Part shown: in pieces, positions 14,352 to 32,323 of the stretch
How positions within the stretch are numbered: position 1 is the stretch's first letter
How the letters are laid out: each line of letters opens with the position of its first letter
Assembly (NCBI GenBank): GCA_964016885.1
Contig: OZ024741.1
Coordinates: forward strand, 177,630,001 to 177,694,000
Length of the DNA: 64,000 nt
Direction of reading: 5' to 3'
DNA from: Eledone cirrhosa
Lineage: Eukaryota
Position numbers and translations under genes: made by a program
The notes under the pieces: generated by a model
Database searches by the model: none
Seen by the model: the letters and a program-made list of their open reading frames with translations, nothing else
Told to the model about the DNA's origin: nothing

Positions 14352-15872
14352 TCATATTATTCCAGTTCCTGGAAATATATGATTTGCAGATTTTTCACCC
14401 AGTTGTTGGGCGTCCATTCTATTTAGCTTGTTGCTATACTGTTTCATAATATTTCTAAGTTTAGATCTAGCTATACTAAATTGTGCTTCTGTCTGTTCAT
14501 CGACATGCGACAGCAATTGCGTGCGTTTCTTAAAAGCTAAAGTCGTGGTGTGGACTCGTCGTAGGTCGAAGGACACATCGGAAGGATTATAACAAGTAGA
14601 GTTCCAGGCTGCTGCTTTATGTGTACTATTGCTATTGTTATTGTTAGTTGTGTTGTTTCTATTTCTATTTCCCCCAACAGCTTCATGTTTGTTTCTATGT
14701 CTCTCATTATTACTTCTGTCTCTTTTCTCTGGCTCATTGTTATTATCTACTCTATTTTGGGTGTCTGTGTGTTCGTCCTGGTTATTTCCTCTGTAAGTAT
14801 CGATAGTCTCCCTTCTCCCTTCTCCTTTCAATCCTATTACCTTCCCTTATTGCTGTGTTACTGTCATTAACTGTTTTCCGTGTCTGTGTGTTTGTTAAGA
14901 TTGTGGTGGTGGTAAGAGGCATAGCATGTGTGTGTGTGTGTTGCTGTTGTTGGTGTTGATGTGTGTTGTTGTTGTTGTCTCCGTGTATGTTATTATTATT
15001 GTGTGTGCTGTTATTGTTGTGTGTGTCTGCGTGTCTGTTGTTGTTTCTAAGTATGTTATTATTGTTGATGTGTGTGTTGTTGTTATCGTTGTTTGTGTCT
15101 GTGTGTCTGTTATTGGGATGTGTGTTGTATGTGTGGGTGCGTATGTTGTTACTTTTGTTTTTGTTTTTGTTTTTGAGGCTCCAACGTAATTGAGTAAATG
15201 ATTTTTCAATTTCTGACAAGCATTTTATCATATTTACCTTATTATATGTGTCATTTTTAGGTGGTAGCTTTAATATTGATAATTCATCCGAGTCGAGTGT
15301 ATTGTTGCCGTATATATTTGTCTTGTTGTTGTTGAATTCATCTGTTAATGAGATGTCGGCCATATTTATAACGTCAATTTTGTCGGGATATCTATCGATA
15401 TTCTCTAAAGTATCTTGATTTAGTTTTAACTGTTTGAGCCACTTTAGTTTCTTGTTAAAGTGCTTGTCCCATTCTTGAACAATGTAATTTTCCTCAAGAC
15501 ATATACAGTTTATAAATATTAATTTTTCTCGTGGTGTGCTGATCTTAGTTAATTCTTGTATTAGGTTACGCTTAAGTTTTTCTTGATGACTTAATTCTCT
15601 GTAAATCTTCTTTTTTATGTTTAGAATTAGTGTTCGTTTTAGCCTATCTGCTTGCTTTTTGGTGAGTTGTAATTTTCTTGCGTCGGTGTTGATGGTGTTG
15701 GTGTAAACTCGTGACGAGGCACAATCTTTTATGAAGTGTAGTTGTCGAGATGTTATTGTATTTTGTAGACAACAGAACATGGCGGTTTTCATAATCTTGT
15801 TAGCCAGGCTAAAGCTTACGATAATGCGTAGTTCTGAATTTGTTTAGCGAGATTCTTTATCTGAAAACGCGT
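14352..15872 (-). mobile_element. Penelope-like element lineage B, N-terminal fragment
   Basis: [13 protein letters not shown] matches the ORF start at 35567-35650. EIEKSFTQLRW, Asn/Thr-rich tract and DEQTEAQFSIARSK match the 20707-22478 element. Confidence 0.75.
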
Positions 15873-17603
<1,731 letters not shown>

Positions 17604-18177
17604 TGGTGGCTGCCAACTCGTTTTCGAGTACGGCCACTACTTTAAATCCATGTAGGAGAACCCCTACCAATGCGCTGAACGAGTGTGACTTTTTAGTCCA
17701 GCCAGCGACTTGAAAACTCTGGTACAAACACCATACTTGTGACAATTATTGACACATAGTGTTGGGCACATGGTACCATGTGACGACAAGTGCAGAGAGA
17801 TCTCCAGATATAAAGCAATGCCTGTGCCGTGAAGCTTTTATAGTGAGCAAAGGCACTGTACAAAGCCAGTCCCACTCTTTTAACCAAGATGATATTTACC
17901 AAAAAGAAGAACAAGTCAACATCATTGGATACCATCAGGGTTGCAGGTGTTATATCAGAGTTTTCCTTCTCCTAGAATTCTGCCTTGACAAAGGCTAAGG
18001 GGTCATCTCTCCCGGTGATTTTGGATAGCCATTGACTCTTAAGAGCTCCTTTGCCCTTTGACAGGTTTTGTTTTTAGTCCTGCAGATGTCCAAAGTCACC
18101 CACCTCACCAAGAAACCTTGGTGGGGTTGCCAGTTTAGTCGCCAACGACCCGACCATGAGACAGGTTGTACTGGGAT
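17604..18177 (+). mobile_element. Non-coding interspersed repeat resembling an RTE-clade LINE 5' region
   Basis: Near-identical to 31111-31720 with a shared 5' start (tggtggctgccaactcg). The ttttccttctcctaga..caaaggctaa motif is recalled from RTE 5' regions and not verified by search. Confidence 0.45.
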
Positions 18178-18249
18178 ACATATATATACATACATACATA
18201 CATATATACATACATACATATATATATACATACATATATACATACATAT

Positions 18250-18320
<71 letters not shown>

Positions 18321-18361
18321 CATACATACATATATATATACATACATATATATATATACAT

Positions 18362-19660
18362 AAATGTAAGTATGCATGTATACGTACATACATATATGTA
18401 TACAGACGTACAGTAGCATGCACATATGTATATATATATACATATATATATACATATGCATACAGGTACACATACATATATGCACGTATCAGTTTAGCGG
18501 CGCTTATTATAACGTCGCTTTGTTCGTTTGTAAACAAACTGAACAGCCTGAATTTATGCCATATGGTGTTAAGGCAACCGCGTCACCTTTTTGTTCAACA
18601 CTGACACAGGAACGATGTACTAGTTTCAAGCTTGTCAGCTATCATCAGCACCGTTTACCCATCTGCCAGATAGTTGAACGTTCGAAAGTATATACTTTCC
18701 TTATGAAAATTAACGGCTGAGCAGCCTAATTTGCATATTGAGTGAGTTAAATCGGTCAGGCATACCGAAAACGATAAATTGAAACAAAATGAAAACGAAA
18801 TTTCATTTCTCACTCTTAGTATGGCACTTACTTAAATGTAAGTATCCATGTATACGTACATACATATATGTATATAGACGTACAGTAGCATGCACATATG
18901 TATATATATATATACATATATATATACATATGCATACAGGTACACATACATATATGCACGTATCAGTTTAGCGGCGCTTATTATAACGTCGCTTTGTTCG
19001 TCTGTAAACAAACTGAACAGCCTGAATTCATGCCATACGGTGTTAAGGCAACCACGTCAACTTTTTGTTCAACACTGACACAGGAACGATTTACTAGTTT
19101 CAAGCTTGTTAGCTATCATCAGCACCATTTACCCATCTGCCAGATAGTTGAACGTTCGAAAGTATATACTTTCCTTATGAAAATTAACGGCTGAGCAGCC
19201 TAATTTGCATATTGAGTGAGTTAAATCGGTCAGGCATACCGAAAACGATAAATTGAAACAAAATGAAAACGAAATTTCATTTCTCACTCTTAGTATGGCA
19301 CTTACTTAAATGTAAGTATGCATGTATACGTACATACATATATGTATACAGACGTACAGTAGCATGCACATATGTATATATATATACATATATATATATA
19401 CATATGCATACAGGTACACATACATATATGCACGTATCAGTTTAGCGGCGCTTATTATAACGTCGCTTTGTTCGTTTGTAAACAAACTGAACAGCCTGAA
19501 TTTATGCCATACGGTGTTAAGGCAACCACGTCACCTTTTTGTTCAACACTGACACAGGAACGATATACTAGTTTCAAGCTTGTTAGCTATCATCACCACC
19601 GTTTACCCATCTGCCAGGTAGTTGAACGTTCGAAAGTATATACTTTCCTTATGAAAATTA
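18362..19660 (-). mobile_element. Tandem array (~2.7 units) of a 474-nt hammerhead-bearing unit (retrozyme-like)
   Basis: HHRs at 18611-18655, 19085-19129 and 19559-19603 (third core mutated): aacggtg-CTGATGA-tagct-gaca-agctt-GAAA-ctag-TA-catcgtt. Another copy at 44956-45470. Confidence 0.88.
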
Positions 19661-22600
19661 ATGTTGTCTATGTTACCGTCATGTTGTTGTCTAGCATGTT
19701 CGTATAGTACTGACCCGTTTTTTCGTCCTTTTAGTTCCCCCCAGTGTTGGTCTATCCTTTCACCTATGCTACGAGCTGTCTCACCTATGTATGTTGTTGT
19801 CATGTTTCTGCAAGTACCCTCTGTACATGTTATGCTATAGACTACGTTTCTAGTTTTACAGTTTATCCGGGGGTTCACCTTACATATGATACCTTTCCTA
19901 TTGGTACAGTGGGTTTTCTTAAAAGGGTAGGTTTTGCTGATCAGGGATTTTATGGTGGTTCCTGGCTTTTCTACCACCTTTATTTTTAAGTGGGTCTTTC
20001 TCAGGGCCTTTCTACACTGGTTAGCTAATTTCCCTCCAGGGGTGGCGTCCACAAACATGACACTCTGATATCTCTGGTTGTCGTACCATGATGTGGCCTC
20101 CCTATCTTATGTCTAGCCCTATCTAAGCTATTCCATGATTTGCTCCTGTATAGTGGGCAAATTCCTTTCATGTCCAGTTCTATGAGGGTCTTATACTTTT
20201 CCATGGCTCCTTCGTATACTCTGACATTGTCTCTTTGGTTGTAGCCAGAGAACTGCATGCGGTGGATGAAGTGTTGGATGTGTCCTTCCATTTCTGTTGG
20301 GTCGCACATGCTGGACACATTCTTCATCACTCGTACCAAATCTGCGATCAGAATATTAAACTTAGCACTACTGGACATTGCTGAGTTTTTGAGTATCAGG
20401 TATTTGGAGGCCATGGGTTTAGCATAGTGTGAGTGGAGAATTTGGGCTCTCTCGTCTATAGTGTTAATCCAGAGTTCTGTGTCTAATACAGGTTGTCTAT
20501 TGTTAGGGTGTTTGGAAGGGAAGTCTATAGTTACAGTTATACTCTGGTGTATGGAAATAGCTATCTGCTGGATGCTTTCCATCGTGCTACGTTCTAAATC
20601 AAACTTGTTAGTGCTTTCTAGTGGGGGTGTTCTTATAACTATATTGATATCGTCTACATAACGAGAGTACATGATGAGGTCTATGGAGCTTTCATTAAGG
20701 AGATCTTTAAGTCTCCTTTCCCATCATACCATGAAGAGGTTGGCAACCAGCTATGCTGACGCCGATGGCTGCTCCCTCATTTTGGGTGTAGATTTTCTCA
20801 TTGAACTTAAATATGTGGCCCTTTAGGCTAGTTTTGATACTAGCCCCTATTGCATGTGCGACCATTTTTCTTACCTGATCAGTGTTTTGGGGGGTCCGTA
20901 TAGCTTTGGTCCATCCAATCCACCTTCCTATGGGAGTCTTTTTAGCCATTGAGGTTATGGTGGGGGGTCTACCTCTTATAGGTCTACTAGGGCAGAAACA
21001 TCTAAGGTCATGGCTGTCTAGGTAGTCAGTGTCGCAGGTAAGTCTAAGTAGGAGGCCCAGTTCGTCTGTGTCGACGTCGCAGAACTCCACCTCACTCTCA
21101 ATGATCATCTCCACACATCTTTTCACAGCAAAATCAATGTTAATGGATGGGTACAGTGACACCACATCCATGCTGCCTATTATGCAGTTGGATAGGCTCC
21201 TGTTTTTGTTGCACTCACTGATTCTGCTGAGGAGGTCCTCTGTACTTTCACATACATCTGGGGACATCTTGATTATGGGGCGTATAACTATTGAGAAGAA
21301 GTAGGAGATCCTGTAGTTGCTAGCTATATTAGCTCCGCATACGGGTCTTGTTGGTGGTCCTGTTGTCGGGTCGTCGACTCTCTTGTGGTCTTTGCGGAGC
21401 CCATACAAGGGTGGTATGCCATTGTTAGACGCCTGGAAGTTGTTGGCAGTGCGTCTGCTTGGCTTTAGGATGTCAGTCCACATCATCATGTGAGCGTTGA
21501 GGATTTTTTCTCTCCCATCGTGTGTTAGTTGTGCAACTTCGCTCGTGTTGGTGATGTGGGGTTGCATTGCCTCGATGTAGTTCGGCATGCTATCTATTGA
21601 CATCCTACCAGACTTATCTGTGGGTAGACACACTACCTCACCATCCCTTGTGCGCTGCTTGAGGCTAACCAAGCCTTCTACAGGTTTTATCCCAAGTTGT
21701 TGGGCCTCTGGCCTGCTCTGTCTCATAGTGTACCTGTCTACTGCTTGTCTAATCTTATTTCTAGCTATGGTGAACTGTGCCTCCGTCTCGTCATCTATTT
21801 GCTGTGGTATGCAAACTCTTTTATTAAAGGGTAACCTCGTAGGATAGATATTACCCATCTTATATGTTTTGTCAGCTGGGTTGAAAAATAGTTTCTCTAA
21901 GGGTTGTCGTTATTTCTATCGTCATAGTTGTGTGTGTTGCTATTATTGTTATCATGGTGGTTGTTGTTGTTTCTATCATTAGCATTAATATTATTATTGT
22001 TATGATTGCTAGATGTATTGTTGTTTACTTCACCGTTATTGTTGTTGTTGTTACTGCTATTTCTACCATTGTGGTTGTTACTATTATTATGTTTCTTGTT
22101 TTTGTTGATGTTGCTACATGTACTATTTCCATTATTACCACTGTGGTTATTGTTGTTGTTGTTCGTATTGTTACCGTTATTACTACTGTGGTTACTGTTG
22201 CTGTGTCTGTGGTTAACGTTTCTATTATTATTATTATTGTTGTTGTTGTTGTTCCGTCTATCGCTAGTATTATTGCCATTATCACTATTTCTCACTTTCC
22301 TGCCATTGTTATGGTTATGGCTGTTATTTCTATACCCAGAGTTATTGTTTATATTACTACTACCGTTATTATTGTTGTTGTTGTTTACCTTTGCATTCCA
22401 ACGTATTTTTGTGAAACACTTTTCCAGCTCCGTTTTATTCCATAAGAAAACCCACTGTACCAATAGGAAATGTATCATATGTAAGGTGAACCCCCGGATA
22501 AACTGTAAAACTAGAAACGTAGTCTATAGCATAACATGTACAGAGGGTACTTGCAGAAACATGACAACAACATACATAGGTGAGACAGCTCGTAGCATAG

Positions 22601-23377
22601 GTGAAAGGATAGACCAACACTGGGGGGAACTAAAAGGACGAAAAAACGGGTCAGTACTATACGAACATGCTAGACAACAACATGACGGTAACATAGACAA
22701 CATAGAAATTAGAATAATATCTAAACATAGGAATGACCCAGCAGATAGGCAAGTCAGAGAGGCCAGTGAAATAGAAATTAGAAGCTAAACAGAAAGAATG
22801 AGTGGAACAACAACACCCAAACAAACAACACTGACCTAAGAGAAGTATAAATAAGTAAATAAAATTAAATAAAATAAGATAAATAAATACATACACAAGC
22901 ACAATAACAACAAGCACATAAAAACACACTAGTCACCCAGCAGACACAACACTATACACACTAGTCACACATCACACATAACACTATACACACACGCAAA
23001 CGCATGCGCAAAAAAGACAAAATAAAATAAGATAGACAAACAAGCAAATAAATAAATAAATATATAGACAGACTGAACATAAAAAAAATGGCGTAGACAT
23101 ACAACACAACAGGAGGAACAATGAATATAACACCACTGACGATGTTGCAGATGTGCAACGAAAGATTTATGTAAATTATGTAAACTATATATATGTGTTT
23201 GTGTCTATATTGTATCTGTATTATTTTTGACCGTCGGTCAGTCAATGGCAACATTGAGTACCGAGTAAGTTAGATCGCAGATATAAAAGACAGCGAGAAG
23301 CGAAAACCAACCAAACAGTGAGTGTGTTCTGTTATTAATTCTGGCAATATTACGCAAATATGACCCTCCCCAAATAT

Positions 23378-23382
<5 letters not shown>
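19661..23382 (-). mobile_element. Penelope-like element lineage B (YVDD RT, GIY-YIG), rearranged: minus arm 19661-22442, plus arm 22443-23382 with 3' pLTR
   Basis: ORFs 20707..21858, 20025..20672, 19603..20058 (LYGLRKDHK, TRPVC, SMDVVSLYP, YSRYVDD, VVYSITC..YIGETARS). GIY-YIG segment is repeated inverted at 22444-22700. Confidence 0.9.
23131..23172 (+). ncRNA. Minimal hammerhead in lineage-B pLTR
   Basis: ca-CTGACGA-tgttgca-gatg-tgcaac-GAAA-gatt-TA-tg. Stem I weak. Homologue at 58065-58106; core deleted in the copy near 61170. Confidence 0.6.
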
Positions 23383-23412
<30 letters not shown>

Positions 23413-23568
23413 TATATACATACATATATATATATATATACATACATATGTATATATTTATATATACATACATATATATATATATGTATATATATACATA
23501 CATATATATATATATATACATACATACATATATATATATATTATATATATATATACATATATATATAT

Positions 23569-24856
<1,288 letters not shown>

Positions 24857-24877
24857 TATATATATATATATATATTT

Positions 24878-26027
24878 ATTTATTAAAATAACAGATTAAA
24901 GTTTAAGCAAACAATCGCTGCTTTCACCCTTAACGGGATCTTCTGAAACTAACAAAGTCAATCTGTAAACGCAGAACTGGATATTTCAAAAAACGTTGCA
25001 ACCGGAGGAAGACAGGAAGACGATACTTTGGTTCGTGGTAACGTTCGCTGGCAAAAAACGGGAAAAAACGAATAATACGTCATTAATAGGAGCGGTGAAA
25101 AACAATTACGCGCAAAGACAAAACCACGTTTATGGTATAAAATATGTCGTAGACTAATGTTCTCTTAGGTGGTGCATAGAGACGTTCTCTGGCAATGAAC
25201 GAAAAAACGAAGATAATAAGTCATATGTGGAGCGTGGAGAACAATAGCACGCAAAGACAAAACCACGTAAATGGTATAGCAGAAATCGTAGACTAAAATT
25301 CTAACTAGGAGACCAAATGAATCTCCGCTACAGAGTTAAGAACAAAGTAAATAAATACAATACATAAGTAATAGAAACAAATAAATACATACACGCAAAC
25401 AGATACGTACATACACAAGCATACGCAAAACCTTACCATGGGTATACAAAACCACGCACATATAATATGTGTGTGTGTGTATGCTTGTGTACAAATAAAT
25501 AAATAATTATATAAACGTATATAAGTAAATAAATACGTATATAACAAGCGCACACGCATACCTACATATAAATACACGAATGTTCGGAGACGTAAGTCAA
25601 CTAAAACAAGAAGTACACATAAACAGACAGCCACCATACGTACTAACCTGCACACCCACGCGGACGCAAAACTCCCGTAAAAACATAGCCAAACCCTGCG
25701 CGTAATTGATTTTCACCGCTCCTATTAATGACGTATTATTCGTTTTTTCCCGTTCTTTGCCAGCGAACGTTACCACGAACCAAAGTATCGTCTTCCTGTC
25801 TTCCTCCGGTTGCAACGTTTTTTGAAATATCCAGTTCTGCGTTTACAGATTGACTTTGTTAGCTTCAGAAGATCCCGTTAAGGGTGAAAGCAGTGGTTCT
25901 TTGCTTAAACTTTAATCTGTTATTTTAATAAATATTTGCTCTACGGTTCTTATATATTTGATATATGTTTTCCTTATCGAGCCCTCTTTGGATTTTAGTC
26001 TTCAATTTTATTATTATTACTATTATT
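24878..26027. mobile_element. Inverted-repeat non-autonomous element with CAGAAGA-core hammerhead-like motif
   Basis: ~24880-25113 is inverted relative to ~25696-25930. Motifs at 24900-24950(-) and 25861-25911(+): agttt-CAGAAGA-tcccgttaagggt-GAAA-gca..tgc-TT-aaact. Third copy at ~54200-54880. Confidence 0.75.
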
Positions 26028-26054
26028 ATATATATATATATAGATATATGTATG

Positions 26055-26085
<31 letters not shown>

Positions 26086-26102
26086 ATATATATATATGTA
26101 TG

Positions 26103-26180
<78 letters not shown>

Positions 26181-26277
26181 CATACATATATAAATATACA
26201 TACATATATATATATATATATATACATACATATATCTATATATATATACATACATATATATATATATATATACATAC

Positions 26278-26324
<47 letters not shown>

Positions 26325-26326
26325 CC

Positions 26327-26364
<38 letters not shown>

Positions 26365-26471
26365 CATAAATATATATATATATACTTATATATATATATA
26401 TACATACATATATATATATATATACATACATATATTTATATAGATACATACATACATACATATATATATAT

Positions 26472-26508
<37 letters not shown>

Positions 26509-26976
26509 TTATATATACATACAAATATATATATATTTAAATATACATACATATTTATATATATATACATACATATATATATATATATATTTATATATAC
26601 ATACATATATATATATATATACATATATACATATATATTTATATATACATACATATATATATATACATATATATATATATATTTATATGTACATACATAT
26701 ATATATTTATATATACATATTTACATATATATATATATATATGCATACATATATATATATATATATTTATATATACATACATATATATATATATATATTT
26801 ATATATACATATATATATATATATTTATATATACATACATATATATATATATATATATTTATATATACATATTCATATATACATATATATATATATATAT
26901 TTATATATACATATTTATATATACATATATATATATATATATATTTATATATACATACATATATATATACTTATAT

Positions 26977-27033
<57 letters not shown>

Positions 27034-27068
27034 CATACATATATATATATAAACATACATATATATAT

Positions 27069-27118
<50 letters not shown>

Positions 27119-27156
27119 ATATATATATATATATATATACATACATATATATATAT

Positions 27157-27251
<95 letters not shown>

Positions 27252-27270
27252 CATACATATATATATATAT

Positions 27271-28498
<1,228 letters not shown>

Positions 28499-28544
28499 GT
28501 ATACATACATATATATTTATATATATATACATACATATATATAG

Positions 28545-30707
28545 AGGCATATAGAAAGAGGCAAACAGTCACTAAAATCTTATTCCCAGAGATTGGAAAA
28601 TCCTTATGAGACGTAGAACTAAACTTTCAAACCAGTTGAATAGTCAACAAAACAAAAACAAGAAGGAATCCTATTTGAAACGTGCACTACTTGACACCGA
28701 GATTGCACTCAAACTTTCACAACATGAGAATGAGAGGGCAAAGAAAGAGAACAGGGCCATAGAAAACATTAAAACAAACCCTAAGGCCTTCTTTAAAATT
28801 GCAAAAGAAACTGCCTCAGTACACTGCAAGATTGGGCCACTCTTCCACACGGACGGTTCATTAACCGAAAATCCCCAAGAGATATGTGAAATACTGAACG
28901 AACAGTACAAATGTGTCTTCACATGTCAACTGAGGCACATGCAAATAACGAAGCCAGAGGAGTTCTTTGATGCCACAACACTACATCAAGAAATGGCAAC
29001 CATCAACCACATAGACATAACGGAGGAGGATGTGGTGTACGCCATTGATGAAATTAGAACAGACTCGGCTGCTGGACCTGATGGATTCCCAGCAGTTCTC
29101 CTAAAAATATGTAAGTGGGCCTTAGCAACTCCACTGAAGATGCTCTTCAGAAGTTCCTTGGCTAGCGGTGTACTACCCGGGGAGCTGAAAGAAGGTACAA
29201 TATGCCCTATCCATAAAGGAGGTAGTAGAGCGGAGGCCAAGAACTATAGGCCAGTCTCCCTGACGTCGCATATCAGTAAGGTCATGGAGTGAGTCGTCAG
29301 AAAGAAACTAATCACTTTCCTCGAAGAAAATGACCGCCTGACTAGCACGCAACATGGCTTCCGCCCAGGAAGAAACTGCCTTACACAGCTGCTACATCAC
29401 TACGACTGGGTACTGAGACAACTACTAGACAGCTCACATGTGGACGTGATATATCTTGACTTTGCGAAGGCCTTTGACAAGGTCGACCACGGAATGATAT
29501 GTCACAAACTACACGGACTCGGCATAACTGGAAAAGTAGGTGAGTGGCTGCATGGCTTCCCAAGCGACAGAAGCCAGGCAGTCGCAGAAAATGGGGCCCT
29601 CTCGAGGGAAACACCGATAACAAGTGGGGTGCCCCAGGGGACAGTCCTGGGACCACTACTGTTTTTGGTGGCTCTCTCGGACATTCCCTCTGTGGTGCAT
29701 GCAACAACATCCCTCACTAGCTATGCTGATGACACTAAGGTAGCACAGGCAATCAAAAACCCGGCAGACGCTGCCCTTTTATAGCAGGATCTGGATGCCA
29801 TATACAGATGGGCGGAAGAAAACAACATGCAGTTTAATGCTGGCAAATTCTAAGCCCTACAATACAAACCTGCAAACACAAATATAGTGGAACACAGCTA
29901 CACAGGACCAGGAGGGACCGATATCCCCGTGTCAAAATAGATACGAGACCTGGGCATAGACATGAGCGATGATGCATCTTTTTCTTCACACATCATGAAG
30001 GTGGCGACAACATGTAGACGATTCGCTGGCTAGATCTTGAGGACTTTCCTTACAAGAGACCGAGACACCATGTTGACACTGTGGAGGACTTTTGTCCTAA
30101 GCCGCCTGGACTACTGCTCCCAGCTGTGGTCACCCCAGAGTGTCAAACTAACCACGGAGCTTGAGGCAATCCAGCGGAGCTACACCAAGAGGATTGCCAA
30201 GATGAGGGAGACAAGCTACTGGGAGAGGCTAAAGAAACTGAACCTCTACTCCTTGGAGCGAAGACGGGAGAGATACGCAGTGATCTACATGTGGAAAATC
30301 CTGGAGGGACTAGCACCAAGCTTTGGCATTGGGAGCTGGACCAACCGTCGAACAGGACGTCACTGTGTGGTGCCAAAGGTCCCGTCTTCCACATCTAGAA
30401 TAAGGAGAAGGTATTGCAATAACCTGGGATTCAAGGGCCCTCAACTCTTCAACAGGCTGCCGAGGCATCTGAGAGACTTGCATGACGTGGAGGTGGATGT
30501 CTTTAAGAAACATCTCGACACCTTGTTATCCAGGATCCCGGATGAGCCCACAGCAAGACACGAGGGAAACCTAAGCGCAGCAGCAACAAACTCCCTCCTA
30601 CACCAGTGGCCAACCAATACAGGCTGGAGATAAAATGTGTAGCAACAAGGGCGGTGGCCCAGCATAGCCTCAGCCGGATGGCTGAAACAGGTAAAAGAGT
30701 AAAAGAG

Positions 30708-30710
<3 letters not shown>
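28545..30710 (+). mobile_element. CR1-group LINE, 5'-truncated ORF2 RT pseudogene
   Basis: NPKAFF, SAAGPDG, PIHKGG..NYRPVSLTS, QHGFR, YLDFAKAFDKVDH, GVPQGTVLGP, YADDTK. Several stops; (GTAAAAGA)n tail. Confidence 0.92.
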
Positions 30711-30749
<39 letters not shown>

Positions 30750-30880
30750 GGTGTTAAAGTTTGCTTGAAGCATTGTGAAATGTGTAAAAATACGTATTTA
30801 AGAAAGCCTGTTTTTCCTATCTATATTTCACTTCCTACCTCGAGATTTCCCTTTGCATTGTTGTGGCTTTCTTAAATACG

Positions 30881-30954
<74 letters not shown>

Positions 30955-30983
30955 CATATATATATATATACATACATACATAT

Positions 30984-31024
<41 letters not shown>

Positions 31025-31026
31025 CA

Positions 31027-31058
<32 letters not shown>

Positions 31059-31110
31059 CATACATAACTTTATATATATACATATATACATACATACATA
31101 CATACATATA

Positions 31111-31720
31111 TGGTGGTGGCTGCCAACTCGTTTTCGAGTACGGCCACTACATTATATCCATGTAGGAGAACCCCTACCGATGCACTGAACGAGTGTGACT
31201 TTTTAGTCCAGCCACCGACTTAAACTCTGGTACAAACACTACACTTGTGACAATTATTGACACATAGTGCTGGGCCAATGGTACCATGTGACGACAAGTG
31301 CAGAGAGATCTCCAAATATAAAGCAATGCCTGTGCCGTGAAGCTTTTATAGTGAACAAAGGCACTGCACAAAGCCAGTTCCACTCTCTTAACCAGGATGA
31401 TATTTAACAAAAAGAAGAACAAGTCAACATCATTGGATACCATCAGGGTTGCAGGTGTTATATCAGAGTTTTCCTTCTCCTAGAATTCTGCCTTGACAAA
31501 GGCTAAGGGGTCATCCCTCCCGGTGATTTTGGATGGCCATTGACTCTTAAGAGCTCATTTGCCCTTTGACAGGTTTTGTTTTTAGTCCTGCAGGATGTCC
31601 AAAGTCACCCTCCTCATCAAGAAACCTTGGTGGGGTTGCCAGTTTAGTCGCCAACGACCCGACCATGAGACAGGTTGTACTGGGATAAATGTTACCAGTA
31701 GCACCAACTGGTGACCTGAC
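31111..31720 (+). mobile_element. Second copy of the RTE-5'-like repeat
   Basis: Aligns by eye to 17604-18177 and extends ~40 nt further. Confidence 0.45.
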
Positions 31721-31786
31721 ATATATATACATACATACATATATACATACATACATTTATACATACATACATACATATATATATAT

Positions 31787-31817
<31 letters not shown>

Positions 31818-31846
31818 CATACATACAAACATATATATATATATAT

Positions 31847-31929
<83 letters not shown>

Positions 31930-32051
31930 CATATATATATATATATATTTTATATATATCTATAAATATACATACATATATATATATATATATATTTATA
32001 TATACATACATATATATATATATACATACGTATATATATATATTTATATAT

Positions 32052-32091
<40 letters not shown>

Positions 32092-32278
32092 CGTATATAT
32101 ATATATATATATATATTGTTATACTTTGGGAGGGTCATGTTGCCAATAAGAAACACACGCACCAGTAGCTTTCACTTCAAATTATTATATATTTATAAAA
32201 TTATAAATTTACAAATTTACAAACATATAAATTTCTGGTTGGTTGGTTGGTTCCACAACCAGATAGTTGTTTATATAT

Positions 32279-32323
32279 AGTCATAGTCCTTTCGTCACAC
32301 ACTCTGTGACCTCTTCAGTGACT
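32279..32323 (-). ncRNA. Minimal type I hammerhead, left pLTR
   Basis: Reverse complement of 35382-35426. Confidence 0.78.

Noticed and set aside
17604-17640. HDV-like ribozyme at the 5' end of the RTE-like repeat
   Set aside because: Only a simple hairpin is visible; I could not build the nested double pseudoknot by eye.
30789-30885. 21-bp inverted repeat in a small island
   Set aside because: Probably another tiny inverted 3' tail, but too short to assign and has no ribozyme core.
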